This document shows, piece by piece, positions 9,300 through 18,953 of a stretch of 64,000 nucleotides of DNA. Under the pieces are notes generated by a model. It did no database searches. It was not told the origin of the DNA and saw nothing but the letters and a program-made list of their open reading frames with translations. The translations under genes and the position numbers were made by a program. Source of the DNA: a bacterium (lineage in GTDB: Bacteria > Electryoneota > Electryoneia > Electryoneales > Electryoneaceae); the NCBI GenBank assembly GCA_963669175.1, contig OY769902.1, forward strand, positions 1,760,001 to 1,824,000, read 5' to 3'. Each line of letters begins with the position of its first letter. Positions within the stretch are counted from its first letter, which is position 1.

Positions 9300-10708
9300 T
9301 CGAATGGATCCTCATCGGCGGGTATATCACTTTCATCATTGTGAAAGGGATGTTGAAGGCCCGCAAGATTCATGTCGCTGATGATTTTCTTGTTGCCGGC
9401 CGTTCGATAACCTGGCCACTTCTTTTTGCCACCATGGGGGCTACTGTCATTGGCGGCGGTTACTCCATCGGTGCCGTTGGTAAGTCCTATGAATGGGGTC
9501 TGCTCATGGTACTGATCTCCATGGGCGGCTACATTCATTTTATTTTTTCCGGGCTTGTGGTGGCCCCGAAATTCCGTGAAGCCAAACTGTATACAGTTGC
9601 CGGTTATTTCGGCCACCGGTATGGTGAGGGGCCACGTCTTGCCGCAATGGTTCTGTCCCTGCTGTTCTCCGTCTTTATCGTTGCAGCGCAAATGGCGGCA
9701 ATCGGTTCCGTGCTGTCTACCCTGATGCCGGCAACTATTGATGCGCAAAACACCATTCGAACAGGCATCCTTGTCGGTGGTATCCTCGTGGTTCTCTACA
9801 GTACCGCCGGTGGATTGCTGGCGGTGATCTATACGGATGTCTACCAGTTTGTCGTGTTGTTGCTTGGTTTCCTGATCACACTTGCCTTTATCATGCCGGA
9901 CATGATCGCCACCTGGCCCACTGTCACCAATACCCTGCCGGACCGCTTTTTCACTATCACCGGGGATAAAGGATGGGCGTTCATGCTCACGACATTCCTG
10001 GCTTTTCTTGTGGGGGAGACCTTCGCACCGGGATATGCCACACGTTACTGTATCGGCAAGGATGTCCGTCACACAAAGATCGGTATCGCCGGAGTTGGCG
10101 CTTTTCTGACCCTGATTTTTCCCGTGATCATCTTTTTCATCGCTCTGTATGCCCGGATGAAATTTCCGGATATTGATCCCCAGCAGGCCTTGCCGCAAGT
10201 AATCCGTTACCTGCACAATCCATTCATATCCGGGATCATTATTGCCGCGTTGCTGAGTGCGGTGATGTCATCGGCCGATTCGGCGCTGAATTCATCAACC
10301 GCCATTTTCGTGAAGGATCTGTTCGAGGAAACCTTTCACTGGACCGGGAAAGACCAGGCGCAGATGCTGAGAATCGCTCGTATCTGCACAGCAGTTCTTG
10401 GGGTTGTTGCCATGCTGATTGCCATCCTCTGGTCTGATATTATCGAACTGTTGCTGTTCACCTACCAAGTCTGGGCGCCGGCCATTATTCTGCCGGTGGT
10501 CATCGGCGCCACAACCAGCTTCCGCAGCAAAGCCCTGAACCGTGCGATCCTGTGGACCATGATTTTGTCTACGGTGATCACCTTCGGCTATCGCTATACG
10601 GAGTATGCTGCGACCTTCGATCCAGCGGTGTTCGGGGTGTTCCTGAGTGTGGGAGTGTATGCGGTTATCAGGAGTGGGGAGAAACTTATAAAACGAATTA
10701 GTAATTAG
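9296..10708 (+). CDS. Sodium:solute symporter (SSS/PutP-like); probable CTG start
   Basis: DDFLVAGRS, GGLLAVIYTDVYQ, SAVMSSADS; hydrophobic TM1 continues in frame upstream of GTG 9341 to CTG 9296. Confidence 0.88.
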   Translation: MIEWILIGGYITFIIVKGMLKARKIHVADDFLVAGRSITWPLLFATMGATVIGGGYSIGAVGKSYEWGLLMVLISMGGYIHFIFSGLVVAPKFREAKLYTVAGYFGHRYGEGPRLAAMVLSLLFSVFIVAAQMAAIGSVLSTLMPATIDAQNTIRTGILVGGILVVLYSTAGGLLAVIYTDVYQFVVLLLGFLITLAFIMPDMIATWPTVTNTLPDRFFTITGDKGWAFMLTTFLAFLVGETFAPGYATRYCIGKDVRHTKIGIAGVGAFLTLIFPVIIFFIALYARMKFPDIDPQQALPQVIRYLHNPFISGIIIAALLSAVMSSADSALNSSTAIFVKDLFEETFHWTGKDQAQMLRIARICTAVLGVVAMLIAILWSDIIELLLFTYQVWAPAIILPVVIGATTSFRSKALNRAILWTMILSTVITFGYRYTEYAATFDPAVFGVFLSVGVYAVIRSGEKLIKRISN

Positions 10709-10813
10709 GAATTAGTAATGAGGAATTACAGGAGAAGAAGCCAAACTTGGCTCAAGCTGGCTCTTATCTAAGCGATGGTACAATTCCTAATTCCTAATTG
10801 CAAATTGCTAATT
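10696..10813. repeat. Inverted arms of AATTAGG/AATTAGT heptamer repeats between convergent genes
   Basis: Four heptamers at 10696-10723; reverse-complement heptamers at 10782-10813; both gene stops lie inside the arms. Confidence 0.8.
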
Positions 10814-11509
10814 AAAGATAGCGTTTGCCATTGAAAACTCCCCCTCCGTTTTCCCCGACAGGAACCTAACTGCCGGGGCAACTCCCTGGGCGAAGGCCTG
10901 ACGTGAGCGGGCACGGTGGATCACTTCGATCTCCTCGCCTTCAGACGCGAACACCACGTGATGCTCGCCGACCACTTCGCCCAGACGCAGGCTGACACAC
11001 TGCACCGGACCGCCGACCTCCTGCAGCACTTCCATCAACCGTTTCGCCGTGCCGGAGGGAGCGTCCAGCTTGTGCTTGTGATGGGTTTCCTGTATGCCGA
11101 CGTCGTACTTGTCACCCAACACGGTCCGCATTTTCGGCATCAGGTCAAACAGGAGATTGATCCCGATGGAAAGGTTGGGAGCAACGATATGAGCGTTTTT
11201 CAGATCACGAAGACGAGCGGCCTGATCCGGTGAGAACCCGGTAGCGCCGATCAGGATGGGGATGCCAAGTTCTTCAGCTCGCAGAGCATGGGTATACGCT
11301 ACTGATCCAAGCGAAACATCCACCCAGACATCCGCACTCAAATCAGAATTGCCAAGGTCTGCTTCAAGCGTCAGGTCGCCTACATGCTGCCCTGCTACGG
11401 CCTGCACATCCACCGCATGCGCGATCCGGATATCGGCTTCCTTCGTCAACGCTTCCACAACTTCACGACCCATACGGCCGTTGGCGCCGAACAACGTCAC
11501 GGTGATCAT
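10808..11509 (-). CDS. dapB: 4-hydroxy-tetrahydrodipicolinate reductase
   Basis: GANGRMG, GATG, APNLSIG, ETHHKHKLDAPSGTA. Confidence 0.95.
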   Translation of the reverse strand: MITVTLFGANGRMGREVVEALTKEADIRIAHAVDVQAVAGQHVGDLTLEADLGNSDLSADVWVDVSLGSVAYTHALRAEELGIPILIGATGFSPDQAARLRDLKNAHIVAPNLSIGINLLFDLMPKMRTVLGDKYDVGIQETHHKHKLDAPSGTAKRLMEVLQEVGGPVQCVSLRLGEVVGEHHVVFASEGEEIEVIHRARSRQAFAQGVAPAVRFLSGKTEGEFSMANAIFN

Positions 11510-11535
11510 CTCGCTCTCCCTTTTTAGATCCACTC

Positions 11536-11576
11536 ACAGGCTTAACAGGATAATAGGATGAAAGGATTTCAAGGAT
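11536..11576. repeat. 9-bp-period AGGAT repeat arm
   Basis: ACAGGCTTAACAGGATAATAGGATGAAAGGATTTCAAGGAT; 38/41 match to the reverse complement of 13365-13405. Confidence 0.8.
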
Positions 11577-11767
11577 GATTCTTATGGTTAAAAGTTGAAA
11601 AGTTATAATGTTATAAAGTTATTCGAGCTAACGAAAAACAGGGACTGACCCATCGTAGTCTGTCCCGTTTTTCGCAACTAAATCTGATCCAGTCTCTAAA
11701 CCAATGGATGTTTGGCCCGACTGCTCGCTGTCGGGTTTCAGCTATCAGATAGTCAGCGTGAGATACA

Positions 11768-12175
11768 CTAATCCTTGTACCGATAGAAAGTATGGGCATA
11801 ATCAGAAGACATGGAAGACTCAATAATTTCCTTTTCATTTGGTTTTAAAGGATCGGGATTTTCAAAATTCATTGAAACAAGAAAATCCTTTGATAAGACT
11901 AAACCATCAACAGGCATATTTACATCATCCTTAATACGTCGCGAAAGCCATAGCGCAATTTGTTGTGCTAAGGATGTTTCTTCGCCAATATTTCTTCCAC
12001 CAGTCTTGTAAGGGCAAGCAAAAAAGGCCTCTTTGTATTGAATCTTAAACAATATCGCTATCTGATATGCCGATAACATTATATATTTTCCCAAGTGAGG
12101 TTGAAGTGGATTTTTATGTTGTTTTAATACCTCGATGATTTTTTCGCCAACCTGGTAATCTTCCCACCAACTCAT
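11768..12175 (-). CDS. Hypothetical protein (AT-rich, inserted between dapA and dapB)
   Basis: 135-aa ORF with AAGGAGG SD before MSWWEDY; visibly lower GC than flanks. Confidence 0.7.
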   Translation of the reverse strand: MSWWEDYQVGEKIIEVLKQHKNPLQPHLGKYIMLSAYQIAILFKIQYKEAFFACPYKTGGRNIGEETSLAQQIALWLSRRIKDDVNMPVDGLVLSKDFLVSMNFENPDPLKPNEKEIIESSMSSDYAHTFYRYKD

Positions 12176-12302
12176 ACTTCCCTCCTTGTTTCGTTTATCC
12201 AAAATTGTTGTTTAGTAATATTATTACAATACACTAAAAATGCAATATTTAACGAGGCTTCATTTAAGTAATTATAATGTCTGAAAGAGATTAATTCGCT
12301 GG

Positions 12303-13196
12303 TCAGCTTGCAACTAACGATAGTTCTCGCAATACAGCCAAAATTACTTCTTCCGATTCGGGACGGATTGGCGCCAGTGGCGGACGTACAGTCCCAGCGG
12401 GCAGGCCCATTTGATTCAAAGCAAACTTGGCAGGGCCGGGGCTGGTTTCGATGAACAGCGCTGAGACCAGGCTGGCAAAACTACGATGTAACTTGTACGC
12501 TTCCACATCGTTACCGTCGTTTTCCAGCTCCCACTGTTTCACGACCAGTTCTGGGACGATGTTGGACAGCACACTGACCGTGCCCGAGCCACCGATTTGC
12601 CAGATAGGCAGGTTCTGACCGTCTTCGCCGCTGAATACTGTAAGCTCATTACCAACACGCCAGATCAGATCCCATATCTGGGTCAGGTCGCCGGATGCTT
12701 CCTTTATGGCAGCTATCGACGGAATCTCCATCAGTCGTTCTGCCGTCGCGGGTTTCAAGTTCACACCAGTGCGTCCGGGCACGTTATATACCATGATCGG
12801 AATCTCCGGTACCGCTTCGGCGATCATGGAAAAGTGGCGAACCAGTCCGTCCGGGGTCGGTTTGTTGTAATAGGGAGTGATGACCAGCGCGCCATCCACG
12901 CCCAGTTCATGAGCGCGTCTCGTGCGTTCGATACTCTTGACCGTATTGTTGGTGCCGGTGCCGACGACGATAGTCGCCTTGCCCTTCGCTTCACGCACGG
13001 CGATGCGGATCACCGTTTCCCACTCGTTCATGGTCATCGCAGGCGCTTCACCAGTGGTGCCACAGGGGACCAGTCCGTGAATACCCGCTTCCACCTGGCG
13101 CTTCACCAAGGCCGCGTACGCAGCTTCATCCAATGAACCATCTTCCCTGAACGGGGTCACTAACGCTGTAAAAACTCCCTGCCAGTCTACTCGCAT
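12303..13196 (-). CDS. dapA: 4-hydroxy-tetrahydrodipicolinate synthase
   Basis: GTTGE, TPYYNKP, YNVPGRTG, IKEASG. Confidence 0.96.
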   Translation of the reverse strand: MRVDWQGVFTALVTPFREDGSLDEAAYAALVKRQVEAGIHGLVPCGTTGEAPAMTMNEWETVIRIAVREAKGKATIVVGTGTNNTVKSIERTRRAHELGVDGALVITPYYNKPTPDGLVRHFSMIAEAVPEIPIMVYNVPGRTGVNLKPATAERLMEIPSIAAIKEASGDLTQIWDLIWRVGNELTVFSGEDGQNLPIWQIGGSGTVSVLSNIVPELVVKQWELENDGNDVEAYKLHRSFASLVSALFIETSPGPAKFALNQMGLPAGTVRPPLAPIRPESEEVILAVLRELSLVAS

Positions 13197-13222
13197 GCTT
13201 CCACTCCCAATATCTTACCGCA

Positions 13223-13445
13223 GGACTCACAGGATAATAGGATGAAAGGATGCCAAGGATAACTGCACAAATATACTTAAAAGATAAAGAAAAGCAATGA
13301 TACGATTAGAATAATAAATGCTATTAATCAATAATATAATTTGTCACCCATAAAATGTGTTTTTATCCTTGAAATCCTTCTATCCTATCATCCTGTTAAG
13401 CCTGTTTTGTATCCTGAATATCTGTTGAAATCCTGTTTATCCTGT
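13223..13445. repeat. Inverted AGGAT/ATCCT 9-bp-period repeat arms enclosing an AT-rich spacer
   Basis: Left arm 13223-13260; right arm 13365-13445. Confidence 0.8.
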
Positions 13446-13459
13446 AAATGCTTGCTCGT

Positions 13460-14875
13460 TTAAATGTCGTAATACAGCTCAAACTCCCACGGATGCGGCC
13501 GTTGACGAAGCGCGTTCACTTCACGGTCGCGTTTGTACCAGATCCAGGTATCTACAACATCCTCCGTGAACACATTCCCCTTGTACAGGAAGTCCTGATC
13601 GGCTTCAAGGGCGTCAAGCGCATCGGCCAGTGTCGGCGGGGTTTCCGGCACATTGTCCAGCTCTTCCGGTTCCAGGTCATACATGTTCTTGTCCAGCGGA
13701 TCGCCGGGATGGATGCGGTTCTGGATGCCGTCAAGCCCGGCCATCAGCATGGCGCTGAAGGCAAGGTAGGGATTGCAGGAGCTGTCCGGGACACGGAACT
13801 CCACACGTTTCGCCTTCGGACTGTTGGAATACATGGGAATCCGGATTGCCGCGCTACGGTTACGTTGGCTGTAGGTCAGGCGTGTCGGCGCTTCGAAGCC
13901 GGGAATCAGGCGCTTGTAACTGTTCGTGGTTGGGTTGGTGAAGGCGCACAACGCCGGGGCATGCTTCAGGATACCGCCAATGAAATGCAGCGCCATCTCC
14001 GACATGCCGGCATAATGATCACCGGCGAACAGAGGAGTTTCCCCGTTCCACAGGCTCATGTGAACGTGCATTCCGCTGCCGTTATCGCCATAGATCGGTT
14101 TCGGCATGAAGGTCGCGGTTTTGTTATGACGGTGCGCGACATTCTTGACCACATATTTGAAAAGCTGCAGGTTGTCCGCCATACGGAGCAGCGGGCTGAA
14201 CTGCATGTCAATCTCGCCCTGTCCACCGGTCGCGACTTCATGGTGATGCGCTTCAACCGTGATATTCAGCGATTCAAGAATCATCGCCATTTCGCTACGC
14301 AGATCCTGGGTGGCATCCTGCGGCGGTACCGGGAAATAGCCCTCTTTGTAACGTGGTTTGTACCCAAGGTTCGGGTTCTCTTCCCGCCCGGAATTCCAAT
14401 GTCCTTCAACAGAATCGATGTGGAAATAGCCTTCATGAGCGTTCTGGTCATAACGAATATCGTCAAAGATGAAAAACTCCGCTTCCGGGCCGACAAACAC
14501 CGTGTCCGCCTGTCCCAGGGAACGCATGTACTCCTCGGCTTTGCGTGCGAGGGTACGTGGGCACTTGCTGTACGGCAGCATGGTTGTCGGTTCAATGATA
14601 TCGCAGAACAGGATCAGGGTTGGAGTGGAGGCGAAGGGATCGAGTACGGCTGTGGAAGCGTCAGGACGCACCAGCATGTCGGACTCGTTGATCTGCCGCC
14701 AGCCACGGATGCTGCTGCCGTCGAAACCGTAGCCCGACTCAAAATCCTCATGCTTCAATCGACCGACCGGGATGGTGAAATGCTGCCATAATCCGGGGAA
14801 ATCCATGAAACGAAGATCGACCATGGTGATGCCACGGCTCTTGATCAATTCGAACAGATCATGAATCAGATCCAT
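13460..14875 (-). CDS. glnA: Glutamine synthetase type I
   Basis: [49 protein letters not shown] adenylylation-type Tyr. Confidence 0.97.
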   Translation of the reverse strand: MDLIHDLFELIKSRGITMVDLRFMDFPGLWQHFTIPVGRLKHEDFESGYGFDGSSIRGWRQINESDMLVRPDASTAVLDPFASTPTLILFCDIIEPTTMLPYSKCPRTLARKAEEYMRSLGQADTVFVGPEAEFFIFDDIRYDQNAHEGYFHIDSVEGHWNSGREENPNLGYKPRYKEGYFPVPPQDATQDLRSEMAMILESLNITVEAHHHEVATGGQGEIDMQFSPLLRMADNLQLFKYVVKNVAHRHNKTATFMPKPIYGDNGSGMHVHMSLWNGETPLFAGDHYAGMSEMALHFIGGILKHAPALCAFTNPTTNSYKRLIPGFEAPTRLTYSQRNRSAAIRIPMYSNSPKAKRVEFRVPDSSCNPYLAFSAMLMAGLDGIQNRIHPGDPLDKNMYDLEPEELDNVPETPPTLADALDALEADQDFLYKGNVFTEDVVDTWIWYKRDREVNALRQRPHPWEFELYYDI

Positions 14876-14918
14876 CTGTCTTCTCCTTCTATGTTCGCTT
14901 TTTCTTTTCCGACCTTTG

Positions 14919-15085
14919 GGACTCACAGGATATTAGGATGATAGGATGATAAGGATAAGGCGAAAAGTTCTATTGAAAAGAAAAGATTTTCATTTGATCT
15001 TTCAAAAGTAAATAATAAATAATTGATTACAGGGTTCTTGCTAATATTTTGTATCCTTGATATCCTTCTATCCTATCATCCTGTG
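14919..15085. repeat. Inverted AGGAT/ATCCT 9-bp-period repeat arms enclosing an AT-rich spacer
   Basis: Left arm 14919-14956; right arm 15053-15085. Confidence 0.8.
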
Positions 15086-15094
15086 CGACATGAA

Positions 15095-15451
<357 letters not shown>

Positions 15452-16510
15452 TTATACTGCGAAACGGATATGCATGATATCGCCATCCTGCACGATATAG
15501 GTCTTGCCTTCCAGACGTAACAGTCCCTTGTCCTTACACGCGGACATGGAGCCCAATTCAAGCAACGTGGTCGATGGAACCACCTCTGCACGGATGAAGC
15601 CACGTTGCAGATCCGAATGAATCTCGCCCGCCGCTTCCACTGCGGGAAGACCCGAGGTGATCGGCCAGGAACGGCACTCATCATCGCCAACGGTGAAGAA
15701 TCGGATCAGGCCCAGCAACTCAAATCCCAATCGGATAACTCGCAGCGACGCAGGTTCGTCAACCCCGAGATCCGCCAGGAAATCGCCACGGTCTTCCGGT
15801 TCAAGCTGCGCGATTTCCGCTTCGAGTTCCGCGTTCAGGACTTCCAGTCTGCGTTTGATCCCGTTCAAAGTATCGGCCAACGCATCCCGGAGCACTGCGC
15901 CATCCTGATGCTCGCCATGATTGATTACGATCAATATTGGCTTCTGGGACAGGAAAGCATAGGTGCGAAGAACCTTTTCCTCTTCCGGGGCAAATTCCAG
16001 CTCGCGTAACGGTTTTTCTTCGTTCAGAGTATCGAGGCAACGCTGGATGGCCTTCTCTTCGATGGCGTCAACCTTCAGACCACGCTGACGAGACTGCTTG
16101 ATCTTCTCGGCACGGTTCTCCGCGGTTTGCAGATCAGAAAGAAGCAGCTCGGCTTCAATATCCTCCACCTGCCTGCGGATATGATTCAGCATTTCGTCTT
16201 TGTCGTCACCGAGATGGAATGTGCCGATTACCGCCGCCAATACGGTAGCGCCCTGCAGGTGATTAACCATGGAACGCTTGAACCCGGTACGTTCTTCCGT
16301 ATGCGCCAGTCCCGCGATATCCAGGTAATTCATCTTGGCAGCGACTTTTTTCGAGCGTGGCCAGAGAGCGTGAAGTTGATCCAGGGTCGCATCTGTAACT
16401 TCCGCGACGCCGGGATGCGCCTGTGAACCGATATCCGGCTGATCGCCTGTCAACGCCGTAAATAGGGTGGACTTCCCTCCGCCCTGCCACCCGATGAGTG
16501 CAATGTGCAT
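15452..16510 (-). CDS. YchF-like Obg-family ATPase with C-terminal TGS/DUF933 domain (divergent paralog)
   Basis: GWQGGGKST, LDIAGL, FFTVG, AGEIHSDLQRGFIRAEV, RLEGKTYIVQDGDI. Confidence 0.85.
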   Translation of the reverse strand: MHIALIGWQGGGKSTLFTALTGDQPDIGSQAHPGVAEVTDATLDQLHALWPRSKKVAAKMNYLDIAGLAHTEERTGFKRSMVNHLQGATVLAAVIGTFHLGDDKDEMLNHIRRQVEDIEAELLLSDLQTAENRAEKIKQSRQRGLKVDAIEEKAIQRCLDTLNEEKPLRELEFAPEEEKVLRTYAFLSQKPILIVINHGEHQDGAVLRDALADTLNGIKRRLEVLNAELEAEIAQLEPEDRGDFLADLGVDEPASLRVIRLGFELLGLIRFFTVGDDECRSWPITSGLPAVEAAGEIHSDLQRGFIRAEVVPSTTLLELGSMSACKDKGLLRLEGKTYIVQDGDIMHIRFAV

Positions 16511-16746
16511 GGTTGTACTGTTTCCGTTAGCCTGATCAATGTTTAGCGAAAATAAATAATGTAGAGGAGCCTATGATACAAGGCAAGAGGTCAAAAATAT
16601 TACGTCCCCCGGATGAAAAAAGGATCAATCATTCATCCGGTTGAAAATACGCGTTTTGACATGTCGTCCCGTACGGCAAGTTCCTGTCGTCGCATGGGGG
16701 GTTAGGGAAATCTAATCTCCCTTACTGCAATATGTAACTTAAATAT

Positions 16747-16905
16747 GGGTGCCTCACAATCTTGTGTGTGTATACTATATAGGGCACAAACGCCAAGTGA
16801 GTATTCAAGTGACCCACCTTCGGTGGACATGGATGAAACCTGATCAAACTTTCTGTATTCTTGTTGACTATGGTTGTTTGCCCCGCACGAAACGGCGAGG
16901 CACCC
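16747..16905 (+). ncRNA. Candidate ~160-nt structured RNA of unknown family
   Basis: Perfect closing stem GGGTGCCTC/GAGGCACCC; nested GGGCA/TGCCC, GCCA/TGGT, AGT/ACT; strand inferred from G-U pairs. Confidence 0.3.
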
Positions 16906-17282
16906 CAAAATGAATGTTCAAATCATGAGTGAGGTTTGTGGCAGGTATCCTGATCATCATGCTGCTGACAGGGACTTCCTGTTTACAAGATGCTCCTCAA
17001 ATCCAGTAGTCGTGAAGGTTTTAGCACGGGGTAACTTGGCTCTCCTGTAATTAGCCTATTCCTCGCGAGACAAACTCTTGATAAGGCAAAAATTGAATAT
17101 TGTCTTCGTAATTGTCTATTATTGAATATAGTATCGAAATTCATAATCGGGGATGTAAGATCTCAGCAAACATCTGGTTCTGCCTACTCCAACCTTCCTG
17201 AATTGCTCGCCTATTGTTTGCATTGTAGATCTACAAGTCTTTAAACTTATAAATACATATGTTAGGAACGGGAAGAGCAACT

Positions 17283-17300
17283 TTGTCACATTTTTCACAA
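17283..17300. promoter_or_regulatory. Rex- or CRP/FNR-like operator upstream of the multiheme cytochrome
   Basis: TTGTCAC-ATTT-TTCACAA versus Rex TTGTGAA-N4-TTCACAA and CRP TGTGA-N6-TCACA. Confidence 0.35.
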
Positions 17301-17318
17301 AGCAGTACAGGAGGGAGC

Positions 17319-18767
17319 ATGAGATCAGGATGCCTTGTTTTGTTTATCCTTGTCTTTGCATTCGTGATGATCGGGTGTGAAGGGGAGGTTGGGCCCCAGG
17401 GACCGGCAGGTCCGGAAGGCCCGGAAGGAGCGCAAGGCCCGGCGGGTGAAGATGGGCAGGATGGGCAGGGTGTGTATGAGTTTACCTACCTAGGCAATGG
17501 TGGCGAAGACTGTATGCACTGCCACATGACAACGGTTTCCAACTGGAGCGGCACCAAGCATTACGAAGCTTACGCGGACCTGGATTCGGAAAGTAAGGAA
17601 AATCCGTATTGCGTGAAGTGCCACGTTACCGGTTGGGACAGCGAAGTCGCGTATGGTGATACCGTCATCAATGTATACGGTCCCGATACGACTGGTTTTG
17701 ATGATTACTGGATGGTAGAGACCGATGAGGCGGAAGAGCGTCGCATGGCCTTGGCTGGTGTGCAGTGTGAGGCTTGTCACGGTGGCATGGGACCAGACTT
17801 CAACGCACATCGTCCCAATATCAGTTTTGCCACTCATAACGATGAGGATGGTGAATCCTTATCCCTTTGTTCGCCTTGTCACAGCACCCAGTTGAATGAA
17901 TGGGTGGAATCCGGGCATGCGGCTGTGCAGGCTTCGTTGACGCCGGAACAGTTTACAGATGAATTCGGACGTTCATCATGCAACCCCTGCCATACCTCGG
18001 AAGGTTTCCTTGCCGCCAATGACCCGGCGTATGCGACCTATGAGTTTGATGAACTGCAATCCTACATCGGTTGTGTGACCTGTCATGATCCGCACTCCAA
18101 CACCTACGAAGCCCAGGTGCGCACGGTAGGTGCGGTTGAGACGGTGTACCATCCCGGTTATGAAGATGGCGACCCGGAAGTGGCGACCATGGACGGGTAC
18201 GGTGTCGGCCAGGTTTGTGCGCAGTGCCACCACGGACGGCGTGATGCGGACAACGTTGACAGCCAGATTGCAGACGGCTACGCTCACTTCGGTCCGCACG
18301 GTTCCCCGCAGATGGACACCTACATCGGTACCGGTTGTTACGAGATCGAGGACTTCGTCTATGAAGGCAGCCATGCACATCAGTCGATCAGCAACGGCTG
18401 CGTAAGCTGTCACATGGAACGTGAAGCGATTATCCATGGCGAGCTCCAGGATCACTCGTTCCATTCTTTCACACCGGATGCGGATAACTGCCTGCCCTGC
18501 CACAGCATCGAAGATTTCGATTACAACGGTGTCCAGACCGAGGTCATGGACAAACTGGATCAATTGGCCCAGGCGCTCGGCTACACAGATCGTGATGATT
18601 TCGAAGCCAACTTCGACAGCCAGGCGGATGGAGTTACCGCTGATGAACGTATGATTGCCTACGCAATGGTGTTCATTCTGAACGATGGCAGCTATGGTGT
18701 GCACAATCCTACGTACGTGATGGATCTGCTGGACAACGCGATTTCCTATTCGGCAACACTGCCGTAA
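17319..18767 (+). CDS. Multiheme (9 CxxCH) cytochrome c lipoprotein with collagen-like linker
   Basis: Lipobox MIG-C; ~10 Gly-X-Y triplets; CMHCH, CVKCH, CEACH, CSPCH, CNPCH, CVTCH, CAQCH, CVSCH, CLPCH. Confidence 0.9.
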   Translation: MRSGCLVLFILVFAFVMIGCEGEVGPQGPAGPEGPEGAQGPAGEDGQDGQGVYEFTYLGNGGEDCMHCHMTTVSNWSGTKHYEAYADLDSESKENPYCVKCHVTGWDSEVAYGDTVINVYGPDTTGFDDYWMVETDEAEERRMALAGVQCEACHGGMGPDFNAHRPNISFATHNDEDGESLSLCSPCHSTQLNEWVESGHAAVQASLTPEQFTDEFGRSSCNPCHTSEGFLAANDPAYATYEFDELQSYIGCVTCHDPHSNTYEAQVRTVGAVETVYHPGYEDGDPEVATMDGYGVGQVCAQCHHGRRDADNVDSQIADGYAHFGPHGSPQMDTYIGTGCYEIEDFVYEGSHAHQSISNGCVSCHMEREAIIHGELQDHSFHSFTPDADNCLPCHSIEDFDYNGVQTEVMDKLDQLAQALGYTDRDDFEANFDSQADGVTADERMIAYAMVFILNDGSYGVHNPTYVMDLLDNAISYSATLP

Positions 18768-18790
18768 TAGATTGTTCTTATTTTTTGACA

Positions 18791-18828
18791 AACAACGGGA
18801 CAGGCCGGTGCTGGTCTGTCCCGTTGTT
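18791..18828 (+). terminator. Hairpin/terminator after the cytochrome gene
   Basis: AACAACGGGACAGGCC.../...GGTCTGTCCCGTTGTT inverted repeat. Confidence 0.6.
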
Positions 18829-18953
18829 CTCCCTGATTCATACTGACTCACAGGATGTACAGATGGAGATTTATAGCGATTCCCATTATTATTCCGTCAT
18901 GTGCAAGATCAGTGAAAGGTCAACCATATGGTTGGAATAAAGGATAAGGATAT

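Noticed and set aside
11610-11767. Integron attC site downstream of the orphan gene
   Set aside because: No matching RYYYAAC/GTTRRRY pair and no integrase.
16990-17086. SAM-I riboswitch on the minus strand (starts CCTTATCAAGAG, later GTGCTAAA)
   Set aside because: The P2 kink-turn/GGCAAC core and the P1 3' strand do not match, and no sulfur or Met gene lies downstream.
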